The notes beneath the pieces are model-generated. The model worked only from the letters and a program-made list of their open reading frames with translations, did not search any database and was not told where the DNA came from. This document shows, in pieces, positions 1-15,183 of a DNA stretch of 64,000 nucleotides; position 1 is the first letter of the stretch; every line of letters starts with the position of its first letter. The stretch lies in the sequence record PQ227241.1. One strand, written 5' to 3'. The position numbers and the translations under genes are program-made.

Positions 1-378
1 GGACCTAGGTAGTGATTCAGAATGTATAATGAATCCCTCGATATCCCCTTCTTTTGTTTTAACAGCAACTATATCTTTGATAATACCTTTTATTTGTAAT
101 AAGCTATTCATAATCTCACGATAGAGTTGATCAAATCTATTTGCAATGATATTAGGATTTATTGGATAACCACAAATTGATTTATAGAAACTACACATTA
201 CATCATTGTATCTATCTGGAACACATGTCCAAAAGAAATTATGTCGTTCTTTAATATAAAGAATGATCAAGTAGTTAAGATCATCTTCATCTTTTGCGGT
301 ATAATTAAAGTATTGTTTTAATTCAGAAAAGAATTGTTGTGACCACCTCACATCAACTCGTATAAATAGTTGTTCCAT
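1..378 (-). CDS. Hypothetical protein, partial (runs off window start); phiKZ gp102 position
   Basis: Translated by hand: ATG at 378 after a TAGGTG SD-like sequence, 126 sense codons (MEQLFIRVDVRWSQQFFSELKQYF...) with no stop before base 1. Not in the ORF track. Confidence 0.7.
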   Translation of the reverse strand, partial: MEQLFIRVDVRWSQQFFSELKQYFNYTAKDEDDLNYLIILYIKERHNFFWTCVPDRYNDVMCSFYKSICGYPINPNIIANRFDQLYREIMNSLLQIKGIIKDIVAVKTKEGDIEGFIIHSESLPRS

Positions 379-394
379 AATACACCTAAATAAA

Positions 395-2368
<1,974 letters not shown>

Positions 2369-2372
2369 GGTA

Positions 2373-5428
<3,056 letters not shown>

Positions 5429-5463
5429 TTAAGATCATAAGATCATGGTCTAACAGCATAAAA

Positions 5464-5482
5464 GGGAGCCATGAAGGCTCCC
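5464..5482. terminator. Terminator hairpin flanked by CATAA and TTATG
   Basis: GGGAGCC-ATGAA-GGCTCCC between gp97 and gp98. Confidence 0.75.
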
Positions 5483-5493
5483 CGTTATGTTTG

Positions 5494-7944
5494 TTACTTA
5501 ATGGCACGATTCACAGCAGTGTTAATTGCATTGGTAAGAGCTACAATGTAATCAACTAGAACGGTGTGGTTTTCAGCCGATTGGCCAACAACTTCCCATA
5601 CTGCACTAGCTAGTTGCCGGACTTTCTTTTTACCGGCTTTACTATCCATGCTAGCCACTTTAGAGATATCACGGTTAGCTTGGTCAAGACGACGTACACC
5701 GCGGTTACCGCTAACTTTTAGAGAGGCATTACCAAGACCAATTAGAACTTTAGAAAGTTTCATTAGTTCAGTAACGTCCTTACGGCTAACTTTAGCAGTA
5801 GCAGTACCGGTAGCACCCCATTCACCAGTTGGAAGTGCAATAGCAGCTAATCGTTCAATATCTTTACTAGTGCGACCAGTTACATCACGGCCAGACTTCT
5901 CGAAGGTAAAACTACCTTCTAGTTTTCCACTGATAAATGAACTCTCAGGATATTTCTTAACAGGTACTTCTAATTTAGTTGCTTCTTCTAGAGCCTTATC
6001 AATAGCTTCTTCACTATCAGCTTCAATAGCAGTTGATAGGTGACCAACTAAACGTTCGATGTATTCACCATCGATTTTGAAGCATTTGTTAATAATATCG
6101 CTAATACGACGAACTTCTCCAGCAACACCGCGTACTAGATTATCATCACCTTTTAGAATACCATTAATTTTGATTTCTTTATTTTCAAAATTATCAGTAT
6201 CTTTAAGCTTAACTAGAAGTTGGTCAGCTTTAGTATTAGCTGCGGCTAGTTCTTTTTGGTTAGCTTTAACATGGATGGATGCATTTGCACCTTCAGCAAT
6301 GTTGTCGATAATATTTCGAACAAACTTACCAATAGTGCTATTAAATGATTCTAGCGAAGTAACCATCGCCTTATAGTAATCTTCTAGATTACCATAACCA
6401 TAATCTTCCATTGCTGGAACACCAGGTGAATAGACATCAAAGGCGTTATGCAGGCGTTCTAAACAGCTATTAGCATGTACGATGAACTGAGGACTATATT
6501 GCTTATGTTCTAGGCCATAATGTAGAATCTCAAGCATGGATTCATTTGATGCCTGCTCTTCAAGTAATTGACCAATGGTTTTCTTACCATCTTCAATGTC
6601 ATCTTCAAGCTTATCGGCTTCTTCAACTGCCTCATCAGCAGTCTCGTCAGCTTCTTCAACATCATCTTCAGTTACTTCTACGTCAACATCCGGGATGTCA
6701 ATTTCACCTTCAGCTAACTTTTCTTCGATGTCATCTTCTGAAACGTCATCATCTGTTTCTGCAACAATTGTTTCACTGTCGTCTTCAACAGCACCTTCTT
6801 CAATTGTTGGTTCGGAAATAGTAGATGCCGTTTCGGTTTCAGCAACTGTTTCTTCAGTTTCAGCTTCATTGATTAATACATCAGTAGAATCACTGTCATC
6901 ATTAGTTAATTCTTCTTCAGCTTCATCCCGAACTTCTTCCAATTCGCTTAAGCCTTCTTCAGCTACTTCTGCTGTTTCGGCAGCTTCTTCTACAATTGGA
7001 TCAGTTACAGCTACTTCTTCATCAACTGCTACGATTTCATCTGGTTCAGCTTCAGCAGGAACACTTTCAGATTCCGCCTCTACTACTTCAGCTACTTCAC
7101 TATCAGTTGTATCCGGCGTATCTTCTACGGTTTCAACAACTTCTGTTTCAGCATCAGCTACAGCTGGTTCAGTAATTTCGACTTCTTCTGTTTCAGTGAT
7201 CTCTGTCTCAGGTTCATCATTGGAACTTTCATCAGCAGTTGTTTGCTCAGCACCGGCTTCTTCAGGAGTTACATCGTCATCAATACCAGGGACTGCTTCA
7301 CTTACAACTTCACCAGCATCTAACACTTCATCTGGTAGTGTATCCATGGTTGATGAAACAGGTTCATCACCAGCTGGAAGTTCCTCAGATAGTGGTGCAG
7401 GCGGTGGAGTTTCGTCACCAAGTGGGGTTTCTTCAGTGGGGGTTAATTCCACTGCTGTTTCACCAGGTGCTTCTGCAACAGGTACTAGTTCAGTATCATC
7501 AGCCGCATCTTGTGCAGCTTCAATAATTTCAGTGGTTGAATCTAAAACCTCTTTACCGCCTTCAGAAATTGTACCGATTTCTTCAGCGATTTCAGCTTCA
7601 GCAACTTTAACTGCTTCTTCGCCTTCTTCGACACTAGTGGTAGCTAGCGGTTCAGGAATACTTTCCTCAACAACAGTTTCTTCTGGTACAACTTCTTCAA
7701 CAATTACTGCTGACTTATCAGCAGCATGTGCTGTTTCTTCATGTTCTTCAGCAGAGATAATATCAGTATCTGTTTTAACAGTTTCATTCTCAATAGTTGC
7801 AGATGCATCATTATCTTTCTTTAAATCTTGAACTAGTTCATGATCATCTTTAACAGATGTCTCGACTTTGGATACATCCTGTTCCACAGCCGTACCATCT
7901 TGGTTCTCAAGGCTGGCTACATATTTGTGAATATTTACCATCAT
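5494..7944 (-). CDS. Head inner-body/ejection protein with long acidic propeptide (gp97 orthologue)
   Basis: 816 aa. The N-terminal ~450 aa are E/D/A/V/T-rich low complexity. S/A-x-E prohead-protease-type sites (ASLE, AMEDY, TSLES) precede the C-terminal domain. Confidence 0.75.
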   Translation of the reverse strand: MMVNIHKYVASLENQDGTAVEQDVSKVETSVKDDHELVQDLKKDNDASATIENETVKTDTDIISAEEHEETAHAADKSAVIVEEVVPEETVVEESIPEPLATTSVEEGEEAVKVAEAEIAEEIGTISEGGKEVLDSTTEIIEAAQDAADDTELVPVAEAPGETAVELTPTEETPLGDETPPPAPLSEELPAGDEPVSSTMDTLPDEVLDAGEVVSEAVPGIDDDVTPEEAGAEQTTADESSNDEPETEITETEEVEITEPAVADAETEVVETVEDTPDTTDSEVAEVVEAESESVPAEAEPDEIVAVDEEVAVTDPIVEEAAETAEVAEEGLSELEEVRDEAEEELTNDDSDSTDVLINEAETEETVAETETASTISEPTIEEGAVEDDSETIVAETDDDVSEDDIEEKLAEGEIDIPDVDVEVTEDDVEEADETADEAVEEADKLEDDIEDGKKTIGQLLEEQASNESMLEILHYGLEHKQYSPQFIVHANSCLERLHNAFDVYSPGVPAMEDYGYGNLEDYYKAMVTSLESFNSTIGKFVRNIIDNIAEGANASIHVKANQKELAAANTKADQLLVKLKDTDNFENKEIKINGILKGDDNLVRGVAGEVRRISDIINKCFKIDGEYIERLVGHLSTAIEADSEEAIDKALEEATKLEVPVKKYPESSFISGKLEGSFTFEKSGRDVTGRTSKDIERLAAIALPTGEWGATGTATAKVSRKDVTELMKLSKVLIGLGNASLKVSGNRGVRRLDQANRDISKVASMDSKAGKKKVRQLASAVWEVVGQSAENHTVLVDYIVALTNAINTAVNRAIK

Positions 7945-8043
7945 GTTAATATACCTTCTGTACAGAGTTTATGAGTTATGCTATTCGTCTTAGTCATAAC
8001 TCCAAGCGACGAACGTTAACATTCAAAATATTGCGCTGGAATC

Positions 8044-9159
8044 TTACTTTAGATTTTCATCGCATACATTGAGTATGGCAGTCAAATTACGACATGTTAA
8101 TTTAAATAGGTCGTGATAAGGAATAGCCAACCAATCAACATATGTTTCTACCAATGAAACAAGTTCTTGTATTTCTCTATCAGGTCGCCCTTCATTACGA
8201 GCACGTGTTAGTTCATCTCTAAACCTGATTAATGCACCTTTAAGAGTCCTTAACCGTTCATTTCGACGAGTACGCATTGATGCAGCATTTGCACGATTGA
8301 TCTTATCAACTACCTTAACAACTCGATCAATAATACTTTCAGTAACTTGATGGTTGAAATGTTCAAATTCTATTTCGACTGGTAGTGGTCTAGGGGTTTC
8401 TTCAGATGGAACTAACCGTGAAGAAATATCCCTACACTGATCATAAGCACTTGCATTCTTATCGGGATTATAGTTAATTACAATTTGATGATTACCTAGC
8501 AAATGCAATGATACAAATCGATTACCTTGATCGCGATAAACAGATGGTGTGGTTATTTTAGTTGGGGCACTATTTAATAGTAGTTCTGCTAAAGCATCTG
8601 GACTAGCATTTGGATTCATATACGAAGGTATGATATTAGCTGGCCTTAGAATCACATTGTCTAATCCATTGATATACCCATCAACTACTGTCTCCAATAC
8701 GCGTAAGTGAGATAACAAATTAGCACTATTGGTAATAGGTTTATATCTAACACTTAAGTTCTGAATACGAGTTGTAATTAGAAATGTAGGATTCTTATTT
8801 TTACGAGTTCTAGCACGACTGTTAACTCGTAAGTTTTCTGCTCGAATTGCAACATATTCAGCAGTAGCTGCTAGCACTACTCCACTATCCATCAGTTTCT
8901 CAATAGTGGTAACAAATAGTTTTATAACTCGATCAATAACATGTTTAATAGTATCACTAATATCTTCAGTAGATACAACATCCTCTAATTCTTTGATAAC
9001 CCCTTGGATCTGATTATAATCTTCCATACCGCCTAATAGATCCATCACTCGCCTAGCTAACGCTTCATCGCCTGATAATAAATCTGCAAGTCTTTTAGGT
9101 TCATCAAGATCAATAATCATTTCATCTGGAGTATCTTTATAAATATCAATTAATTCCAT
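8044..9159 (-). CDS. Head protein (gp96 orthologue)
   Basis: 371 aa; VSTE-DI processing-type motif followed by an amphipathic helix, as in neighbouring paralogues; TTATG-TTAGGAG upstream. Confidence 0.7.
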   Translation of the reverse strand: MELIDIYKDTPDEMIIDLDEPKRLADLLSGDEALARRVMDLLGGMEDYNQIQGVIKELEDVVSTEDISDTIKHVIDRVIKLFVTTIEKLMDSGVVLAATAEYVAIRAENLRVNSRARTRKNKNPTFLITTRIQNLSVRYKPITNSANLLSHLRVLETVVDGYINGLDNVILRPANIIPSYMNPNASPDALAELLLNSAPTKITTPSVYRDQGNRFVSLHLLGNHQIVINYNPDKNASAYDQCRDISSRLVPSEETPRPLPVEIEFEHFNHQVTESIIDRVVKVVDKINRANAASMRTRRNERLRTLKGALIRFRDELTRARNEGRPDREIQELVSLVETYVDWLAIPYHDLFKLTCRNLTAILNVCDENLK

Positions 9160-9177
9160 TGCTAACTCCTAACATAA

Positions 9178-9201
9178 GACGGGACTCTTCCGAGCCCCGT
9201 C
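9178..9201. terminator. Terminator hairpin between gp95 and gp96
   Basis: GACGGG-ACTC-TTCC-GAGC-CCCGTC, flanked by CATAA and TATG. Confidence 0.65.
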
Positions 9202-9220
9202 GATATGTCGTCACTTATCA

Positions 9221-10864
9221 TTATTCTGCTTGGAATTTAGTGTTAATTACACTATTATAAAGTCCAGTTGCAGTATTTGCGTAACGCATTGCTTCACGAA
9301 TAATGGAGTCATGTTTAGGTGCACTATCTGTAATAATAGATGCTACCTTACGTGATACTTCTTCGATCTGTTCTTTAGAAACATCGTCGATTTTATCACT
9401 CTCTAGTTTCCGTGAAAGTTGATCAACATCATCTTCAAGTTGCTTAATGGCTTTAACAATATTCCGACCGCCAGTGATAACATCAGCTGCATCATCAACC
9501 AGATTACGTAGAGCTACCGCTTCTTTCTTAGCTTGACTCTTATCAAAGTTCTTTAAAGTCACTTCAGTGCCAGGTTCTGCGGCTGTCTCATCATCCGTTA
9601 GATATACTTGAGTAGCAGTCGTAGTTACAAGCTTATTACCCGGTAAAGTGTTAGATGTACTAGCGTAGTGTTTGAGAGGTCCATCTTGAAGTTTGTCCAT
9701 CTTCTCAACTAGTTCACTAGCATCATTACGCTCTGGATCCCAAGCTTTAAGCACAGTGCCAATATTCGTTAGGTAGGTAGCATAGTCTTTTGCATATACA
9801 GATGCCATCCATTTAACGATAGGGCCATATCCAACGTTAGCTGAAGGCTGAATGAATTTACCATTAGCAAATACGGGTCCACCATTTTTAACAGGAACCG
9901 TTAATTCACTGGGTATATTTTCAAACTTAGCATTTTGGATAGCTAAAATGAGTTCATCAACTTTTACGCTCACACGCGGTACACTATTCTTAAGACTATC
10001 CCATACGTGGCTAATAATTTCACGTAGTTTAGCAATAGCTTTCTTGATATAAGCAAGCGCCTTACGACTTAACTCTTTAATATCCTCAGTTGAAATCTTA
10101 ACTGGATATAAATGACTTTTACCACCAGTCGTATAGTTTTCTAATGAGCTAGTTAAAGTATTATCACCAAGTACATGACGATGTGGTAAGAGTGCAGAAT
10201 GAATAAATGCAGCTGTACTTTGACTGATACCATTAATACCAGCTTGTCGAACAAGAGCTTTAATTGACTCTAGGGCATATGCGGTATTTAGACCTTGATT
10301 GATATCTTGCACTGCTGTAGTAACTACTTGTGCATTACCAATGTCCATGAAATCAGTAGGTTTATCCATATCCACTGCAACAGCGATCTGTGGCACCACG
10401 CCATTATGTGCTAGTGGAATAGAACTATCTTTGGCAGCCTGATCAGCGATTTGCTGAGTTACTGTTTCACCACCTTGTGGATTCTCTCCTTCGGCACCTG
10501 CTGGAATAACTGTTTCAACAGCAACATTAGGTTGTTCAGGAATAGGGGGTACTTCTGTTACTACATCTGTTTCAACTACGGTAACTGGTACAGCTGGTTG
10601 TTCAACTAGAGTAGCAGCTGGAGTCTCAACAATAACGCCATTATTAGGAGTATTAACAATAGTGGTATCTGCATCCACTGGTGCAGTTGGTGTTACACCA
10701 ACATTAATGTCAGACACATCTTGAATAGTATTTTCAGGCACAGCGTCTTCAGAAATACAATCGCCACTGGTCATGGCTGCTACTTTATCAACTGCTGTTT
10801 CAGGAATAGGTACCTCAGTATAGTCTTCTAGACTATCTAGATACTCATTGAGTTTAAATGTCAT
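9221..10864 (-). CDS. Head inner-body protein (gp95 orthologue)
   Basis: 547 aa; acidic propeptide, paralogue motif AGxxGIS..AAF...SLENY...ISTEDIKE; GAGG SD. Confidence 0.75.
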   Translation of the reverse strand: MTFKLNEYLDSLEDYTEVPIPETAVDKVAAMTSGDCISEDAVPENTIQDVSDINVGVTPTAPVDADTTIVNTPNNGVIVETPAATLVEQPAVPVTVVETDVVTEVPPIPEQPNVAVETVIPAGAEGENPQGGETVTQQIADQAAKDSSIPLAHNGVVPQIAVAVDMDKPTDFMDIGNAQVVTTAVQDINQGLNTAYALESIKALVRQAGINGISQSTAAFIHSALLPHRHVLGDNTLTSSLENYTTGGKSHLYPVKISTEDIKELSRKALAYIKKAIAKLREIISHVWDSLKNSVPRVSVKVDELILAIQNAKFENIPSELTVPVKNGGPVFANGKFIQPSANVGYGPIVKWMASVYAKDYATYLTNIGTVLKAWDPERNDASELVEKMDKLQDGPLKHYASTSNTLPGNKLVTTTATQVYLTDDETAAEPGTEVTLKNFDKSQAKKEAVALRNLVDDAADVITGGRNIVKAIKQLEDDVDQLSRKLESDKIDDVSKEQIEEVSRKVASIITDSAPKHDSIIREAMRYANTATGLYNSVINTKFQAE

Positions 10865-10951
10865 GTTATTTCCTCAAGGAATTTCTTTGCGCGCGTTTAA
10901 CAATAAACCATAGAATTAGGTACTTAGATAAAAATGAACACTTAGATATAT

Positions 10952-12469
10952 TTATTGGCCATATCTTTCTAATTCCATATTACAAACAGCATTTCGTTGC
11001 TTTGCAATACGTAATAGGTAACTAATTAGTGTTGCGTATTCTGGTGACATATCGGTGATAAAGCCATTAATTAAAGATATAATCTCATTTGCATCATCAC
11101 GAGCACCTTTCCAAATAGCTTTAGACCTACGTAGCTCCATGTCTTCAATACCCTGTGCAACTTTCTTCAGTTGTTCAAGGATATCTTTTTCAGCTTTAAA
11201 TAGATCACCTAAACGACGAATAGCTTCTTTATTAACTTCTAATGTTTTACGCACTTCAATAGGAGGCCTTGGTTCGATCGTGATTGTATCTGGACCATCA
11301 CCATGATTATCTTCACCAAGTCGTGGAGCATATTTATCTTTCTGGAATATAAGTTTACTATTACCAGGTAGAGAAGTATCTTTTACTTTATCTAACTGAT
11401 TAGCTTCACCAATAAATTCAAAAGCCTCTTTAAACTTATCTAGTTCATTATCTTCTAAGTCGTAGTCTTTAATTAATTTAACTACTTTATCAATGTTTGA
11501 TCTAGCTATATTTGGCCATTCTTTAGCTAGAAATTGACTAACTTTTGTTTCATTAGTTAAATCGTCTAAAACAAATTCATCACCAATGAATAACATTTTA
11601 GGATTGTCAATCTTAATTGACATATCAAAATCAGGTGTTACCCTTTCATTTGATACGATTGGCTTATTGATTAAACTTTTCGCTTTTTCAATTAACTCAT
11701 CAGTTTTATCTTCAACTGATTTGATTCCAGTTAGTACACGCTGTGCCGCTACTTTAGCTTGTTCAATAACATGGACTATTAAAGCAAGTATCTTTTTACC
11801 TATACTTTCAATACGTTCTTTTATTTCTTCTTGAGAAATATTTACAAAACGCATAGCGCTGCTAGGGGTTGCATTAAAATCTTCAATACTAATCTTTTCA
11901 AAGCCGATAAGCTTATCAATTGATTCTAATGTAACGTGCATAAAAGCAGCTGATTGTTTAGTAATACCTCTATCACCAGCGGTATTTAATAAATCTATAA
12001 AACATTCTAAACTAGTACGCGCATGCAGTAATTGATTTAGCTGATATGTCATGTTTTGAGATGGAGGTGCATCATACGCAAAGATATTTAAATGATCATC
12101 ATCACTATCTAAATCTTTACCATCCACTGGTGTAGGTCTATTATCAGGACTTTCTCGGGTATCATGGGGTGATGCTGGATATTCTTCTGATGCGACGTAT
12201 GTTTTACCAAATGAATCAACTTCAGTAACTAAACCACGATCTGATTTCCAATGGATATTAGGTTTATGTGCTTCTTCAACATCTAACCCATTATTAGTTG
12301 CTTTTACATCATTTGGTAATTCATCAATTAATTTGGCAGCTTCTTCTGGTTCTTTAGATATTTGCTTGTCGTCTGTAGCAGCGTGCTTTAGTTTGGCTTT
12401 CGCGACTTTTTCTTTTACTTCGACAACACCATAACCTTCTAAACTATCAAGTAATTTATTTAAGTTCAT
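10952..12469 (-). CDS. Head/ejection protein (gp94 orthologue)
   Basis: 505 aa; paralogue motif AGDRGITKQSAAFMH...ISQEEIKE; GAGG SD. Confidence 0.75.
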   Translation of the reverse strand: MNLNKLLDSLEGYGVVEVKEKVAKAKLKHAATDDKQISKEPEEAAKLIDELPNDVKATNNGLDVEEAHKPNIHWKSDRGLVTEVDSFGKTYVASEEYPASPHDTRESPDNRPTPVDGKDLDSDDDHLNIFAYDAPPSQNMTYQLNQLLHARTSLECFIDLLNTAGDRGITKQSAAFMHVTLESIDKLIGFEKISIEDFNATPSSAMRFVNISQEEIKERIESIGKKILALIVHVIEQAKVAAQRVLTGIKSVEDKTDELIEKAKSLINKPIVSNERVTPDFDMSIKIDNPKMLFIGDEFVLDDLTNETKVSQFLAKEWPNIARSNIDKVVKLIKDYDLEDNELDKFKEAFEFIGEANQLDKVKDTSLPGNSKLIFQKDKYAPRLGEDNHGDGPDTITIEPRPPIEVRKTLEVNKEAIRRLGDLFKAEKDILEQLKKVAQGIEDMELRRSKAIWKGARDDANEIISLINGFITDMSPEYATLISYLLRIAKQRNAVCNMELERYGQ

Positions 12470-12506
12470 TTACAATTCCTCAAGAATACTTAATTACATA
12501 GCATAA

Positions 12507-12528
12507 GAGGAACCCCGAAGGGTTCCTC
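12507..12528. terminator. Terminator hairpin between gp93 and gp94
   Basis: GAGGAACCC-CGAA-GGGTTCCTC, 9-bp stem flanked by CATAA and TTATG. Confidence 0.8.
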
Positions 12529-12538
12529 ATTATGTTTG

Positions 12539-13846
12539 TTACTTCTCATCATTCTCAGATGCTTTAGAAGTTTCTTTGCCATATGCAGCTAGTTCATATT
12601 TAACAATAAATGTATATTGCGCAGCGATGCATTTAGCAATATAGTTAACTAGTGCACTATTGTCAATGCCACCAATATTCAGTGCATCACGTGCTGTTTC
12701 TTTTGACATACCTGCTTCGTCAGGATTCCAATCAGCTAGGGCCTTTTCAAGATTCTCAGCAATCTTGTAATCAATCTTATTAAAGTCCTGTAGTTTAATA
12801 ACAAGACCTTTAAGAATATTAAGATGTGCTAAGATTTTACTCGGTGCACGGACATCAACTTCAACTTCATGTAGATCCGTTTCCCCATCACCCTCAACAA
12901 CTTCCCACTTATTCACACCTGACTTAGAAGAAGTAACTTCTAACTTAACATTACCAGGAGCTTTCTCAACGGCTTTATTAATATCTTCAGCCATCTTAGC
13001 TTGTAAATCACTGGTGACTTGATCAATATCAATAGACTTGTCACCTTTGAGATAACGTACTCCAAGTTCGCCATATTTCCTAAGAGCAGATACATACTGA
13101 GTTGAGAATACAGTCATGAAGTCTGCAATAGTCTTCGGATTATTTGCAATAAAGCCACTACTAGATACCATATACTCAGAAGGAGTGAACTTAATCTCTT
13201 CTTTCTTTAGATCACCGGCTTTGAGTGATTTAATAGCATCAATAGTTTTAGTAATACGCATATCGAGTGCAATCAGCTTAGGATTAAAATCTTTAATCTT
13301 CTGCTTTATCATTGCAACAATCTTCTTGATAATCTCTAAAGCTTTCTTACCTGCTTCTTTTAGTTTCTCTTTGAGATCCTCAAGAGAGATAACTGCTGCT
13401 TTCTGAATAGCGCTGCGTGGAGAAGCATCGTAATTCTCAAGCGCGGCAGTGAGTCCAGATTTTTCAATACCTAGGATACGATCAATTGATTCCATGCCAA
13501 CATGCATGAAGGCAGCTGCTTGACGAGAGATACCATCTTCACCAGCTTGAAGTAAAAGACCTTGGAACTTTTCAAGTGCTTCTTTAGCATCTTCAATTAG
13601 CCCTAATTCATCTTCAGCTTGAACAATAGTTACTTCAGTATCTAATGCAGTTGGTTGAATAGCATCATCTGCATCAAGAACTTCTTCTACGGGATTATTT
13701 TCAATCTGATCTACTTCTGCTAAAACGGATGATACATCAGCAGAAGTTTTATTTTCAACGACTAATTCAACATCACCATGAATCGTAGTGCCTTGATCTT
13801 CAATTGATTCAAGTGATAGTTTGTCTAGCATTTTAAGTAGAGACAT
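12539..13846 (-). CDS. Head inner-body protein (gp93 orthologue)
   Basis: 435 aa; paralogue motif AGEDGISRQAAAFMH...ALENY...ISLEDLKE. Confidence 0.75.
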   Translation of the reverse strand: MSLLKMLDKLSLESIEDQGTTIHGDVELVVENKTSADVSSVLAEVDQIENNPVEEVLDADDAIQPTALDTEVTIVQAEDELGLIEDAKEALEKFQGLLLQAGEDGISRQAAAFMHVGMESIDRILGIEKSGLTAALENYDASPRSAIQKAAVISLEDLKEKLKEAGKKALEIIKKIVAMIKQKIKDFNPKLIALDMRITKTIDAIKSLKAGDLKKEEIKFTPSEYMVSSSGFIANNPKTIADFMTVFSTQYVSALRKYGELGVRYLKGDKSIDIDQVTSDLQAKMAEDINKAVEKAPGNVKLEVTSSKSGVNKWEVVEGDGETDLHEVEVDVRAPSKILAHLNILKGLVIKLQDFNKIDYKIAENLEKALADWNPDEAGMSKETARDALNIGGIDNSALVNYIAKCIAAQYTFIVKYELAAYGKETSKASENDEK

Positions 13847-13851
13847 GTTAA

Positions 13852-15174
13852 TTACCTTACCTGGGAGGGATTATTTACTTGTTCTTGCGTAGGTCTTTGA
13901 ATTGGACGCTGGTAAGCTTTTAATTCTAACTCGGTCACGAATACTAGTCGACCCATTACTCTGACTAAACCAGCAAGAGCATTACTAAAATCTGTTACAA
14001 CGCGACTTACATTATTGATCATTAATGTAATTGAATTAATGATATTTGAGATAGCAGGGATGCCATCAGGTGCATCAGGATCTTGAACTTTTGCTTGACG
14101 ATTTCGCATATTAGATTGTTGTGCCCGAATCCTACCAGCTTGTTGACGATTAGTCTCGGCTAACTGCATTAACCTACCAAATTCAAAATCTAGTTTAGTT
14201 GCATAATCTTTTCTAGCATCTATACGTTTAGCCATTTCGCTTAATAATACTAACCGTCTTCCAATTGAACTCGTATCATTAACCTTAAAGGTATTGTTAC
14301 CTTCAGGTGCATCCTTCATAGTAGGAATAGTATAAAACTTAAAGGCAAAATCACGGACAGTATTTACTAAAAAATCCCAATCCCTGATCTCTTCAGTCTG
14401 TGTTTCAGTTGGCCCTGCGCCAAATAAAGTCTTATTACCTTGAACTGGCATACTACGATAAACTGTAGAACTTACTCTAAATCTATCATCTTTCTTAATA
14501 GGTACTGCACCCTTCATCCAGTTCTTAACATTAAACTTACTAAAGTCTTGTGCAGCTCTATCAGTCCATTTTTCATCAAATGATAATTTCCTAAGGATAT
14601 CCGCTACAGATTGGATATACAAGAGTAGGGATTTATCATAGAAAGCTATCAAGTTGTTAACTTGCATGAGTATCGGATCAACTGTAGTCGGTTCGAATTT
14701 ACCATCAATACTAAATCGTTTAGTATTTTTAAATTTTAATTCTTGCTTAAATGGCTCATGCTTAATATTTTCAGCTCTTTCTAAAAGCATGTTTATTCGT
14801 TCAAGAGTACGTTGATTACCTTGTGTAATAACACGTGCATACTCTTTTAACTCATCTCGATGCTTTGCTTGGGATTTTTTCATTTCATCCCAGGTATTTC
14901 GTGCTGTCTTAGATAGGTCTTCTAATGACACATTCTCAGTTTTTAGAATGTGTTCACTAACAACATCTTGGTTATCTGCATATTTTTGAAATAAGCCATC
15001 GGTATAGGTTTTAACTAAAATGTCTTTTTCAGTGCATTCTAATCTACTTTGAATATCTTCAATTGATGGCAATAATTCTTTTAGATATCCATCGCATGTA
15101 GCGATCATATCGACGGGGCTGTCCCCGTCGATTGATTCAAGTAAGACCGAATGACTAAGTGAATTATTAGTCAT
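13852..15174 (-). CDS. Head protein (gp92 orthologue)
   Basis: 440 aa; VSLEDL processing-type motif; synteny. Confidence 0.7.
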   Translation of the reverse strand: MTNNSLSHSVLLESIDGDSPVDMIATCDGYLKELLPSIEDIQSRLECTEKDILVKTYTDGLFQKYADNQDVVSEHILKTENVSLEDLSKTARNTWDEMKKSQAKHRDELKEYARVITQGNQRTLERINMLLERAENIKHEPFKQELKFKNTKRFSIDGKFEPTTVDPILMQVNNLIAFYDKSLLLYIQSVADILRKLSFDEKWTDRAAQDFSKFNVKNWMKGAVPIKKDDRFRVSSTVYRSMPVQGNKTLFGAGPTETQTEEIRDWDFLVNTVRDFAFKFYTIPTMKDAPEGNNTFKVNDTSSIGRRLVLLSEMAKRIDARKDYATKLDFEFGRLMQLAETNRQQAGRIRAQQSNMRNRQAKVQDPDAPDGIPAISNIINSITLMINNVSRVVTDFSNALAGLVRVMGRLVFVTELELKAYQRPIQRPTQEQVNNPSQVR

Positions 15175-15183
15175 AGATAGTCC

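Noticed and set aside
6575-7831. 418-aa Ser-rich plus-strand ORF (also 5564-6043, 6059-6376, 6546-6821, 7239-7526)
   Set aside because: Antisense shadow of the GAA/GAT/GCT-rich acidic gp97 codons; no SD, and composition is explained by the opposite strand
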